From Kiloniellaceae bacterium (GTDB taxonomy: Bacteria > Pseudomonadota > Alphaproteobacteria > Kiloniellales > Kiloniellaceae), in contig JAJFGM010000569.1 of assembly GCA_021776145.1 (NCBI GenBank), forward strand, positions 1 through 49,899: a DNA stretch of 49,899 nucleotides. Reading direction: 5' to 3'. Position 1 is the stretch's first letter. Each line of letters starts with the position of its first letter. The position numbers and the translations under genes are program-made. Of this stretch, positions 34,337 to 42,685 are shown piece by piece. The notes below the pieces were generated by a model. That model was not told where the DNA came from. It saw only the letters and a list, made by a program, of their open reading frames with translations, and did no database searches.

Positions 34337-35523
34337 GCGTGATCACCGGCATCACCTTCACGCCGGGCGGCGGCGGCGGTGGCGGCGGCGGCGGCGGCGG
34401 TCCCTGGTCGGTGCCGGAAGGCTTCGGCCCGCGCTTCAATCAGCACAGCGGCGACGGCACGGTGTCTCAGGCGATTTGGGATAAGCTGAACCATGCCAAC
34501 GTGAACTTCGGCGCCATCATCCTGCCCTGGCGAGTCTTGGAGAACGTCGAGGGCGTCTACGACTGGACGACGGTCGACACCGCCATCGCGGAATTCAAGG
34601 CCAGGGGTAAGAAGGGCTTGCTCTACATCCGTGGCAGCCTCTTTTCGAGCCTCGGCGCTTCTCTGCCGGCGGGCTGCGCGGACTATGTCCTGAATGACCA
34701 CGTCAGGTTTGGCGGCCTGGCCGGACAAGGCGGCATGTTCAAGCACGGCCCAACTGGCAAGTGGCGCCTGGCGCGCTGGATGACGCCTGTGATGGACCGC
34801 TACGCCGCACTTTTCGTGGCGCTCTATGCTTACCTGGATCAGCACCCCGACGGCGATTGGATCCTGGCGCTGATCTCGCAGGAATCGGCGATCAGCGGCC
34901 CCGGCAAGATCACGCAATGGGACGTTGTGCCCGCGAACCAGTACGACGCTCTCAATGTCAAAGACAACTATCTGTCTTTCATCGACACGGCCTGTGCCGG
35001 CCGCGTCGGCTCGCAAAACCTGATCTTCGCCGGCAACTGGATCCAGGACTCGCCCGAAGACGCGAACGGCAACCAGATCTATCTGCGCGACTGCTACGAC
35101 CGCTGCGTCCTCAGGCGCTGCATTTGGGGCCTTGTTGACCCCAGCGTCCCGACGACGGCTTTCACCGGCTTGAACTTCCCGATGTACACACAAGAGCTGG
35201 CGGCGCTTGGACAGATTCCGACCTATTGCCACGGCGAAGCCGCGGTCGCCTACCCCGCCCTCAACCGGATTTACTCGACCACGGGGCAAAAGTCGCTGCA
35301 AGAGCTGCTTAAGATGCACGCGGGCCCCGGCCCGAACATCACGCACGGCATCGGCCTCAACGCTTTCGCCACGGTCGATTCCTTCAGCGAGAACGTCAAC
35401 GGCACCACCGTCGACTTTAACTACGTCCGCGACTTTTGGCAGGACGCAGCCCTGCCGGCCGGCGTCAAAACCGACTTCCAGGCCTTCCTGGACCGCAGCC
35501 ACTCGACGCAGGCGGCGGCATGA
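34333..35523 (+). CDS. Putative glycoside-hydrolase-like (TIM-barrel) tail-associated protein with N-terminal Gly12 tract
   Basis: 396 aa. ILPWRVLENVEGVYDWTTVDTAIAEFKARGKK is reminiscent of GH42/GH5-type barrels. Weak call. Confidence 0.4.
   Translation: MSVITGITFTPGGGGGGGGGGGGPWSVPEGFGPRFNQHSGDGTVSQAIWDKLNHANVNFGAIILPWRVLENVEGVYDWTTVDTAIAEFKARGKKGLLYIRGSLFSSLGASLPAGCADYVLNDHVRFGGLAGQGGMFKHGPTGKWRLARWMTPVMDRYAALFVALYAYLDQHPDGDWILALISQESAISGPGKITQWDVVPANQYDALNVKDNYLSFIDTACAGRVGSQNLIFAGNWIQDSPEDANGNQIYLRDCYDRCVLRRCIWGLVDPSVPTTAFTGLNFPMYTQELAALGQIPTYCHGEAAVAYPALNRIYSTTGQKSLQELLKMHAGPGPNITHGIGLNAFATVDSFSENVNGTTVDFNYVRDFWQDAALPAGVKTDFQAFLDRSHSTQAAA
34366..34401. repeat. (GGC/GGT)12 trinucleotide tract encoding Gly12
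   Basis: Read directly: ggc x4, ggt, ggc x6, ggt. Confidence 0.9.
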
Positions 35524-35870
35524 TGCCGACTCCACTAGACCGCGCCACCGACCAGTTGCACCGCGCCCAGTTGCGCATGGCCGGCGAGGCGCACGGCTAC
35601 CGCCCTGGCGGCCTCGTTGCCAACGAGGTGCCGCTCCAGGCCGTCTTTTTTGCCGCCCATGAGGCGGTTGAGACCGACGGTGAATCGGCCTTCGCCACGA
35701 CAGGACCGGTGCTCGGCCTGCGCCCGGCCGACCTGGTGGCGCTGGGGGCGGCCGAGCCGGCGATCGAAGACGAGATCGTTCGCCCCGACGGGCGGATCTA
35801 CCGCGTGCGCGACCTCGAGCCCGACGGCACCGGCTGGATCCTGCTGCGCCTCGAGGACCTGACCCCATGA
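35520..35870 (+). CDS. Putative head-tail connector / head completion protein
   Basis: 116 aa. ATGA overlap with the preceding gene. Assignment rests on position before the tail genes and the ending RPDGRIYRVRDLEPDGTGWILLRLE. Confidence 0.4.
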   Translation: MMPTPLDRATDQLHRAQLRMAGEAHGYRPGGLVANEVPLQAVFFAAHEAVETDGESAFATTGPVLGLRPADLVALGAAEPAIEDEIVRPDGRIYRVRDLEPDGTGWILLRLEDLTP

Positions 35871-35883
35871 CCCAAGCGCTGAC

Positions 35884-36423
35884 ATGACAACACCCGATCT
35901 GACCCGCAAGGCGATCCGCGCCGATGCCGTCGCGCGCTTGAAGGCGGCCGCGACCCTGGCCGGCAACAACGTCTTCAAGTCGCGCACCTCGCGCTTCGGC
36001 GACGACGTCCTGCCGGGGCTCAACGTCCTGACTTCGGAGGAGCAAAAGCGCGGCCTGGGCGAGGGCGCGCCCAGCTTCCGCGCAGAACTGACCCTGGCGG
36101 TCGAGGTCCTGGTCGCCGAGACCGACGACGCCGACGACACCCTTGACGACCTGGTCGACCAGGTCGAGGCCGCGCTGATGACCGACCCGGAATGGGTCCG
36201 GGCCTTCGAGCGTGTCGTCTCGGTCGACAGCCGTATGGGCATCGCCAACGACGGCGACAAGCGCCACGCCTCGGCGGTCGTCGCCTTCCGCCTGCAATAC
36301 ACCGCGATTTTCGATCCGGTCGTGCCCGACGACCTGACGACGCTCGATGCCGACTTCGACCCCGACGCCGCGGCCGAGGGCCGCCCGACCACCACGGACA
36401 GCGTCACCCTGCCGAACCCGTAA
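35884..36423 (+). CDS. Putative tail completion/terminator protein (DUF3168-like)
   Basis: 179 aa. Assignment is by position and general pattern only. Confidence 0.4.
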   Translation: MTTPDLTRKAIRADAVARLKAAATLAGNNVFKSRTSRFGDDVLPGLNVLTSEEQKRGLGEGAPSFRAELTLAVEVLVAETDDADDTLDDLVDQVEAALMTDPEWVRAFERVVSVDSRMGIANDGDKRHASAVVAFRLQYTAIFDPVVPDDLTTLDADFDPDAAAEGRPTTTDSVTLPNP

Positions 36424-36445
36424 CCCGCCACCTGAAGAGGAAGCC

Positions 36446-36643
36446 ATGGAAAAAACCGTCATGCGGCCGTCTCCCGGCCTGATCGTCCGCGACCCCGTCA
36501 CCGGCCAGCCCTTGCGGGCCAAGGGCGCGCCCGTCGACCTGAGCCTGCCCTATTGGCGCCGTCGCCTGAAGCAGGGCGATATCTCGCCGCCCGATGACGG
36601 GGCCTCGGCGGACAAGACCGCGGCCTCGAAGAAAGGAAGCTAA
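36446..36643 (+). CDS. DUF2635 (Mu-like gp38) small protein
   Basis: 65 aa. VRDPVTGQPLRAKGAPVDLSLPYWRRRLKQGDI is the family pattern. Immediately precedes the sheath gene as in Mu-like phages. Confidence 0.6.
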   Translation: MEKTVMRPSPGLIVRDPVTGQPLRAKGAPVDLSLPYWRRRLKQGDISPPDDGASADKTAASKKGS

Positions 36644-36646
36644 GCC

Positions 36647-38113
36647 ATGACCGTGTCCTTCGACTTCATCCCCGCCACGGTGCGGGTGCCCGGCGCCTAT
36701 GCCGAGTTCGATAACTCCCGCGCCTTGCGCGGTCTGCTGCCGACGGTGGCGCACCGCATCCTCGTGCTCGGCCAGCGCCTCGCCGCCGGCACGGTCGCCG
36801 CCGAGATCCCGACGCAGATCCTCACCGCGGCCCAGGCCGCCGAGGCCTTCGGCCGCGGCTCCATGCTGCACAGGATGTTCGGTGCTATCGAGGCGAACAA
36901 CGGTTTTACCCGCACCGACGTCATCGCCCTCGACGACGCGGTTGCCGGCGTCGCCGCGACCGGCTCGCTGGCGATCACCGGGCCGGCGTCGGCGGCCGGT
37001 ACCCTGGCCGTTTACATCGGCGGGCGCCGCGTCCGCGTTGCCGTCGCCGCCGCCGACGATGCCAACAGCGTCGCCGCGGCGCTGGCCGGCGCCATCAACG
37101 CCGATCTCGACCTGCCCGTCACGGCCGCCGCCGTGCTCGCCGACGTCAACCTGACGGCCCGCCACAAGGGCGAGAACGGCAATGACATCGATCTCCGGCT
37201 CAACTACTTCGACGAAGACCTGCCGGCCGGCATCGGGATCGCCGTCACCGCCATGGCCGGCGGCGCCGCCAACCCCGACGTCGCCGACGCCCTCGCGGCG
37301 ATCGGCGGGGTGCACTACAACCATATCGTCATGCCCTGGACCGACCCGGCGAACCTGACGGCGCTGACCACGGAACTCGCGACCAACTGGCAACCCACGG
37401 CACAGAAGGAAAGCCAGGCCTGGGCCGGCAAGGCCGGCACCGCCGCGGCGCTCTCGACCTTCGGCGCCGGGCTCAACTCGCCGCTGCTCTCGGTCGTTGG
37501 GCTTTACGATTCGCCCACACCGCCGGAAGAAATTGCAGCCGCTTACGCGGCGCGGGCTGCCTTCCACCTGGAAGCCGACCCGGCGCGGCCGCTCAACAAG
37601 CGGCCGCTGACCGGCGTGCTGGCGCCGCCCGCGGCTTCGCAGTTCACCTTCCAGGAGGCCAACATCCTGCTGCACGACGGCGTCACGCCTGGCGAGGTTC
37701 TGCGCGACGGCACGGTCGTAATCATGCGCGCCGTCACCACCTTCCAGACCGACTCCTTCGGCTTCGAGAACGTCTCCTATCTCGACGTCACGACGCCGGC
37801 GACCCTGGCCTTCCTGCGCCTGGACTGGCGCGCCCACATGAGCCAGCTCTACCCGAACCACAAGATCGCCGACGACGGCACCCGGGTCGACGCGGGCCAG
37901 GCCATCGCCACGCCCAACATGCTCAAGGCCAGCACCATCGCCCGGGCGCGGCTGTGGGAGGGTGCCGGCCTGGTCGAGGGTCTGGATCAGTTCAAGAAGG
38001 AACTGATCGTCGTTCGCAATCAGGGCGACGCCACGCGCGTCGACTTCGTCATTCCGCCCGACCTGGTCAACGGCCTGCACATCATGGCCGCCAAGTTCCA
38101 GTTCCTGCTCTAG
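36647..38113 (+). CDS. Contractile tail sheath protein
   Basis: 488 aa. N-terminus VRVPGAYAEFDNSRA...RILVLGQ is typical of Mu gpL/P2 FI-type sheaths. Followed by the tube gene. Confidence 0.9.
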   Translation: MTVSFDFIPATVRVPGAYAEFDNSRALRGLLPTVAHRILVLGQRLAAGTVAAEIPTQILTAAQAAEAFGRGSMLHRMFGAIEANNGFTRTDVIALDDAVAGVAATGSLAITGPASAAGTLAVYIGGRRVRVAVAAADDANSVAAALAGAINADLDLPVTAAAVLADVNLTARHKGENGNDIDLRLNYFDEDLPAGIGIAVTAMAGGAANPDVADALAAIGGVHYNHIVMPWTDPANLTALTTELATNWQPTAQKESQAWAGKAGTAAALSTFGAGLNSPLLSVVGLYDSPTPPEEIAAAYAARAAFHLEADPARPLNKRPLTGVLAPPAASQFTFQEANILLHDGVTPGEVLRDGTVVIMRAVTTFQTDSFGFENVSYLDVTTPATLAFLRLDWRAHMSQLYPNHKIADDGTRVDAGQAIATPNMLKASTIARARLWEGAGLVEGLDQFKKELIVVRNQGDATRVDFVIPPDLVNGLHIMAAKFQFLL

Positions 38114-38179
38114 CAGCACCCATTCACACACGGCGCGCGCCGGTCCGATCCGGCGGCGCCCGAATAGGAGAAGAAAGAC

Positions 38180-38542
38180 ATGGCAAACAAAGCCATTGCC
38201 GGGGTCGTCTACGTGCGCATCGACGGCACGACCGTATCGGTGCGCGGCAACGTCAAGTGCTCCATGGCCAGCGAGTCGCGCGAGTCGATCGCCGGCGTCG
38301 ACGGCGTGCATGGTCATAAGGTCATCCCCGCCGTTCCCTTCATCGAGCTCGACGTCTCGGACGGCGACGAGGCCGACTGGACCGTCTTGGCCGCGGCCAA
38401 GGGCGTCGAGATCCAGGCCGAGCTGACCTCGGGCAAGGTGGCGGTCCTGAGCGAGGCCGTCCAGGTCAACCAGCTCGAGGTCGACGGCGTCGAGGGCCAG
38501 GCCACCCTGCGCTTCGAAGGCCGCCACGGGGAGTGGCAGTGA
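38180..38542 (+). CDS. Tail tube protein
   Basis: 120 aa. GVVYVRIDGTTVSVRGNVKCS...ATLRFEG fits the Mu gpM-like tube family and position. Confidence 0.85.
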   Translation: MANKAIAGVVYVRIDGTTVSVRGNVKCSMASESRESIAGVDGVHGHKVIPAVPFIELDVSDGDEADWTVLAAAKGVEIQAELTSGKVAVLSEAVQVNQLEVDGVEGQATLRFEGRHGEWQ

Positions 38543-38892
38543 TGAATAAAGCGCCCGATGCCGCCGAGGTCGAGGCCCCGGAAGACAGCGTCACCGTGAC
38601 GCTGAGCACACCCGTCAAGGCCTTCGGAAAGCGCGACGACACCGTCACTCTGCGCCGGCCCCTGGGCAAGGACATCAAGATCTGCGGCTTTCCCTTGCGG
38701 ATCCATGGCGACGGCTCCTTCGAGTTCATCGCGCACATTATCGCCCGCTACATCGAGCGCCTCGGCGGCATGACGGCGGGGGCCGTCGACGCCCTGCCGC
38801 CGGAGGACTGGATTGCCCTGCAGAGCGCGGTGACGGATTTTTTCAAGACGTCCCCGACCTCTGGTTCCGAGGACAGCCCGGAACTGGACTAA
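38542..38892 (+). CDS. Tail assembly chaperone (zero-frame product)
   Basis: ATG overlaps the tube gene stop (TGATG); an alternative GTG lies at 38533. Position between tube and tape measure. Contains a slippery heptamer near its 3' end. Confidence 0.75.
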   Translation: MNKAPDAAEVEAPEDSVTVTLSTPVKAFGKRDDTVTLRRPLGKDIKICGFPLRIHGDGSFEFIAHIIARYIERLGGMTAGAVDALPPEDWIALQSAVTDFFKTSPTSGSEDSPELD

Positions 38893-39032
38893 AGCTCTTC
38901 GAGGAGGCCGTCGGGGACCTCGCCTATCTTTTCCATGCCCTTCCGCACCAGCTCCTCGAGCGCGGCCTGGACGACATTCTTTTCGACCTGCTTCAGGCAC
39001 GCAGGATTGTTTCAGAGCTGCAGAAAGCGTGA
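38542..39032 (+). CDS. Tail assembly chaperone, -1 frameshift extension product (G-T / E-E' analogue)
   Basis: After the slip the frame reads FFQDVPDLWFRGQPGTGLKLFEEAVGDLAYLFHALPHQLLERGLDDILFDLLQARRIVSELQKA*. Confidence 0.55.
38838..38844 (+). other. -1 programmed frameshift slippery heptamer T_TTT_TTC
   Basis: In the zero frame the sequence reads gaT TTT TTC aag. The -1 frame is open from here to TGA at 39030-39032. Confidence 0.6.
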
Positions 39033-39306
39033 GGCTAGGGGTGATTGCGGAAAAGGACCAAAGGACACCCCAAGCAATCGGCCAGAATGTCAGTTTACCG
39101 TCCCAAACTCACCGTCGTCGAAGTCTGGGCAGCAGGTCCGGGTATAGCCAGAAGCGGGCCTTTGTTGGGTAGAATGCCACTCCTTCAAATACCCAGATGC
39201 CCTATTTCTCTTACCAAATCCTGGATCCGCTTGAGGGAGGGCAGGTCACGCCGCCACCGCCTAAATCGACCCGAGGGCCGCCACCGCGGGGTTAAGAACA
39301 TTGCCC

Positions 39307-40434
39307 TTACTCTTGTCTCGGTTTTTCTCTCCGTCTTTCTTGGATTTCCAGAAAATCTCGGGCCGCGGCAAGTTGGTCTTCCGACATCTCCACTTCCATC
39401 ATCTCTTTGAACTTAGGTTCCCACCTATTGATGATGGCATTAAGGGAAATCTCATCGGTTCGCCCGACATTAACTTGGCGTTTGATCAAGGGGGCCAATT
39501 CAGGCGCGAGTTCTTTGTCCTCGAACATTCTCTTGAATATCCAAAGATAGACATCGACTAATTCTAAACCGGCGCTTTCTGTCCCTGAAGAAAAGCCAAT
39601 TTCTGTTTGAGGCATGCCCCGAAAATCGAGCGCAGGAAGTCCTGGACCATTCGCCAGGTTCTCCCCACTCAATCTTGCGTACCAATCTGCGGTTTGTGCT
39701 TGTGCCTTGTTGAATTGAGATTGTCGATCCACAACGATTCCCAACGACTTTCGCGAGGAGTTTAAGAGTCGCTGCGCTATTCCGATCATCACGCTTTGAA
39801 ACCCGATGGCATTCGGCATGACGGAAACAGCGTCAGATTTACTTTGGACGTTGTAGGAGACCTCGTTGGTATTTTCGATGGTCCACTTAAGCGCATCCGT
39901 CACAATTTCTCGGGTGCGCGCATCAGGTAGGTTTTGGGAACGCCGGACTAATTCCTCGCAGACTTGCCTTAGTATTTCTTCGGCCTTCGCGTTGTTTGGA
40001 GAAATTCGGGCAGCCCACGCAGCCCTTAAAAGCTTCTCGTCAAATAGCTTTGCCAGACGCACTAGCAGCATATAGCGAAGAGGCGTCCAATAGGAAGCCC
40101 AGGGGACTGCTGGGTTCATTCCCTGGTCGAAAACTTGGTCAAAAAAACAAATGGCTGCGTGGTCGATCTTCTGGAGGCGGTAAAAATCGAACCGGAGATC
40201 GAATTTCTTCTGCACCCTGACTAGATCAGGTGCAATTTCGCTCAATCCAGCGTTTCCGATTTCACTGGCATGCAGGCGGTCAACGCCTAGTCGTTTTCGG
40301 GTCTTCACCAAAAATGGTTCGGCAAGGACATCCAAATTTGCGCGACTGCAAAGCGTTCCATAGAAAAGCATCGGCTGATCGCGGTCGAACAGGTTTGGGC
40401 CGGTATGGCCGCTTTCATCCACGTAAAAATACAC
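39307..40434 (-). CDS. DUF3800 domain protein; low-GC cargo gene between tail chaperone and tape measure
   Basis: 375 aa. N-terminus MYFYVDESGHTGPNLFD is the DUF3800 signature (hydrophobic-DESG). Opposite strand to the late operon. Confidence 0.8.
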   Translation of the reverse strand: MYFYVDESGHTGPNLFDRDQPMLFYGTLCSRANLDVLAEPFLVKTRKRLGVDRLHASEIGNAGLSEIAPDLVRVQKKFDLRFDFYRLQKIDHAAICFFDQVFDQGMNPAVPWASYWTPLRYMLLVRLAKLFDEKLLRAAWAARISPNNAKAEEILRQVCEELVRRSQNLPDARTREIVTDALKWTIENTNEVSYNVQSKSDAVSVMPNAIGFQSVMIGIAQRLLNSSRKSLGIVVDRQSQFNKAQAQTADWYARLSGENLANGPGLPALDFRGMPQTEIGFSSGTESAGLELVDVYLWIFKRMFEDKELAPELAPLIKRQVNVGRTDEISLNAIINRWEPKFKEMMEVEMSEDQLAAARDFLEIQERRREKPRQE

Positions 40435-40695
40435 GGTGCAAACTCTCTAGCAGTCGTCGCGGTAAGGCAGAAGCTTTCCAAATGAACGCAAATGCACGAG
40501 CGACGCAAGTATAGGTTAGAGGCTTTGCAGCCTTGGCCTGCCCCTACGAACGATACCAGTTCTATATTAGAACCGTTTGCATTGGGAAAGGTCGATCAGG
40601 CCGCAGCCCCCGTGTAGCAGAGGTCGGCTCAGGGTCAAAAGCCGCGGTCCCAACTGACACGCCCGTAGGGGTAAAGTACCCCAGATAGTGGACAT

Positions 40696-40856
40696 GGATT
40701 TTTCGGCCAATCCTGGGCCAATGGCTCCAGGGAGTGCGCGACGAATCCGTAAAACGCCTCGACGATACCGCCGGGGACCTCGCTTACTTCTTTCGTGTGT
40801 TGCCGCACCAGGTCCTCGATCGGGACCTGGGCGACATCATCTTCGACCTGAACTAG
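40696..40856 (+). pseudogene. Remnant second copy of the chaperone slippery-site and frameshift-extension segment
   Basis: ggatttttcgg (one T fewer than at 38835), then at the same spacing IFRPILGQWLQGVRDESVKRLDDTAGDLAYFFRVLPHQVLDRDLGDIIFDLN*. 40770-40850 aligns ungapped with 38910-38990 at 62 of 81 positions (my count). Confidence 0.6.
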
Positions 40857-40866
40857 GGGATCCGAA

Positions 40867-42669
40867 TTGCCGAAACGCTTCGAAATCGCGACTGAGATCA
40901 CCGCCGTCGCGCGTGGCGCGGCGCGGGTCTTCCGCAACGTGCGGCGCAACTTCGCCGGCATGTCCCGGGACGCGAAAAAGCTGAACCGCGCCTGGGAAGG
41001 GCTGTCGCGCTCCGGCGGTCAGCTCGGCCGCAACATCGGCGGCGTCGGCCTGGGGCTGTCTGCCGCGACCGTCGGCGCCTTCGCACTGGCCAAGTCGTCG
41101 GCCGCGGTCTCCTCGGAGATCGTCAACGCCGCCGACAAGCTGGGCTTCGGCGTCGAGCGCTACCAGGAGCTGGTCTTCGCCGCCGACCAGGCCAGCGTGT
41201 CCCAGGGCAAGATGGAGATCGCCCTGCAGCGTCTGGTCAGAAAGCAGGGGCAGGCGGCCAACGGCAACAAGGAGATGACCGACCTTTTCGACGCCTTGGG
41301 CGTCTCGGTCCGCGACACCGCCGGCAATCTGAAGGCGCCCAATGCCCTGCTCGGCGACCTGGCGGAGGCCTTTTCAAAGATCGAGGACCCGGCGCTCCGG
41401 GTCCTGGCGGCGCAGAAGCTTTTCGACTCCGAGGGCGTCGACTTCGTCCGCGTGCTGGAGGGCGGCGTCGCCGGCCTGGAGAAGATGGCAACGGAGGCGC
41501 ACCGCACCGGCCAGGTCCTCTCCGAGGCCGGGCAGCGCGACGCCAAGATCTTCGACGAGAAGATGGCCTCGCTGACCGGCACGGTGAAGGCCTTCGCCCG
41601 CGACCTGACCGGACAGATGGCGCCGGCCCTGACCGAGACCGGCACGGCGCTGCAGGATTACCTGGTCGAGAACCGCGCCGATCTGGTCGCCCGCTTCGGC
41701 GCGGCCGTCAAGGTCGCCGGCGACATCGCCCGCGGCTTCCAAGGCGCCATCGAGACCATCGCCCCGACTGTCCGCCGCATCGTCGAGGCCATGGGCGGCT
41801 GGGAGCGCGTCGGCCTGATCGTCGCGGCCCTGCTCGGCGCCAAGCTGCTGCTGCCGGTCGTTGGCCTCGGCTTTCACCTGGCGAGCCTGATCGGCACCGC
41901 CGCCAAGCTTTCCAAGACCCTTGCGCTCCTCACACTGGCCAACCCGGTCTTTGCCGCCATCGCCGCGCTCGCCGCCGGCGCCGCGCTGATCATCGCCAAC
42001 TGGGATTCCATCGCCGGCTTCTTCTCCGACCTTTGGGGCCGCGTCACCGACTCCTTCGACCGCGGCGTCATCGACGGCCTCGTCTCGCTGGTCGCCGAGC
42101 TCAACCTGGTGACGCTCTTCGCCTCGGCCGTCGACGGCCTGGCCGGGAAATTCCTCGGCCTCGACCTCGGCCTGGCGGACGCGGTCAAGAGCTCGATCGA
42201 GGCCGCGCTGGGTTTTGTCCGCGACGGCTTCGGCGAGATCCGCGGCGCCATCGAGGGCGCCATCGGCGGCGCCATGGCCTTTGTCCGGCGCGGCTTCGCG
42301 GGCCTCCGCCTGGTCGTGAGCAACGCCGCGATTTTCCTGCTCGAAAAGGTCCAGGGCGTCCTCGGCGCGCTGCCGTCCTTTGCCCTCGACGCCGCCGGCA
42401 TCGACACCGCCGGCCTTGCCGGCACCTTGGAGGCCTTGCGCCGCGCGCGCGGCGAGGACCAGGCTCTGCTGGCCGGCGCGCGCGGCGGCGGTGGCCCCGG
42501 TGGCGGCTCGACATCGCCCTTGGCGGCGGCGGCGCAGCGCGTGCGCACCGAAGTCGTGATCGTCGGCGAGAACCTGCCGCCGGGATTGCGGCTGGAGCCG
42601 CGCGACAGCTCGGCCGACGACCTGACGATCGAGGTTGGCGCCTCGCTGGCCGGGACGGGCCGCCTCTGA
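40867..42669 (+). CDS. Tail tape measure protein (TTG start)
   Basis: 600 aa. The core ADKLGFGVERYQELVFAADQASVSQGKMEIALQRL...LFDALGVSVRDTAGNLK is TMP-like. Ala/Gly-rich hydrophobic C-terminal half. Confidence 0.88.
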   Translation: MPKRFEIATEITAVARGAARVFRNVRRNFAGMSRDAKKLNRAWEGLSRSGGQLGRNIGGVGLGLSAATVGAFALAKSSAAVSSEIVNAADKLGFGVERYQELVFAADQASVSQGKMEIALQRLVRKQGQAANGNKEMTDLFDALGVSVRDTAGNLKAPNALLGDLAEAFSKIEDPALRVLAAQKLFDSEGVDFVRVLEGGVAGLEKMATEAHRTGQVLSEAGQRDAKIFDEKMASLTGTVKAFARDLTGQMAPALTETGTALQDYLVENRADLVARFGAAVKVAGDIARGFQGAIETIAPTVRRIVEAMGGWERVGLIVAALLGAKLLLPVVGLGFHLASLIGTAAKLSKTLALLTLANPVFAAIAALAAGAALIIANWDSIAGFFSDLWGRVTDSFDRGVIDGLVSLVAELNLVTLFASAVDGLAGKFLGLDLGLADAVKSSIEAALGFVRDGFGEIRGAIEGAIGGAMAFVRRGFAGLRLVVSNAAIFLLEKVQGVLGALPSFALDAAGIDTAGLAGTLEALRRARGEDQALLAGARGGGGPGGGSTSPLAAAAQRVRTEVVIVGENLPPGLRLEPRDSSADDLTIEVGASLAGTGRL

Positions 42670-42685
42670 TGCCGGGGTGTAACCC

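Noticed and set aside
31996-35523. Diversity-generating retroelement acting on the tail-fibre cluster.
   Set aside because: No reverse-transcriptase-like ORF and no template/variable repeat pair were seen anywhere in the window.
34294-36522. Very long minus-strand ORF (742 aa). Similar giants occur at 36404..38527, 42185..44248, 30279..31997, 11197..12075, 27233..28354 and 47656..48888, plus the plus-strand 23002..24966 and 26175..27572.
   Set aside because: They are Arg/Gly/Pro/Ala-rich shadow frames typical of high-GC DNA. Each fully overlaps a plus-strand gene with a recognisable phage family signature and tight operon packing.
39045-39410. 121-aa plus-strand ORF in the DUF3800 insert flank. 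The 38935..39147 ORF was also considered.
   Set aside because: They have poor composition, no RBS, and overlap the frameshift extension and the 3' end of the DUF3800 gene. They are most likely non-coding.
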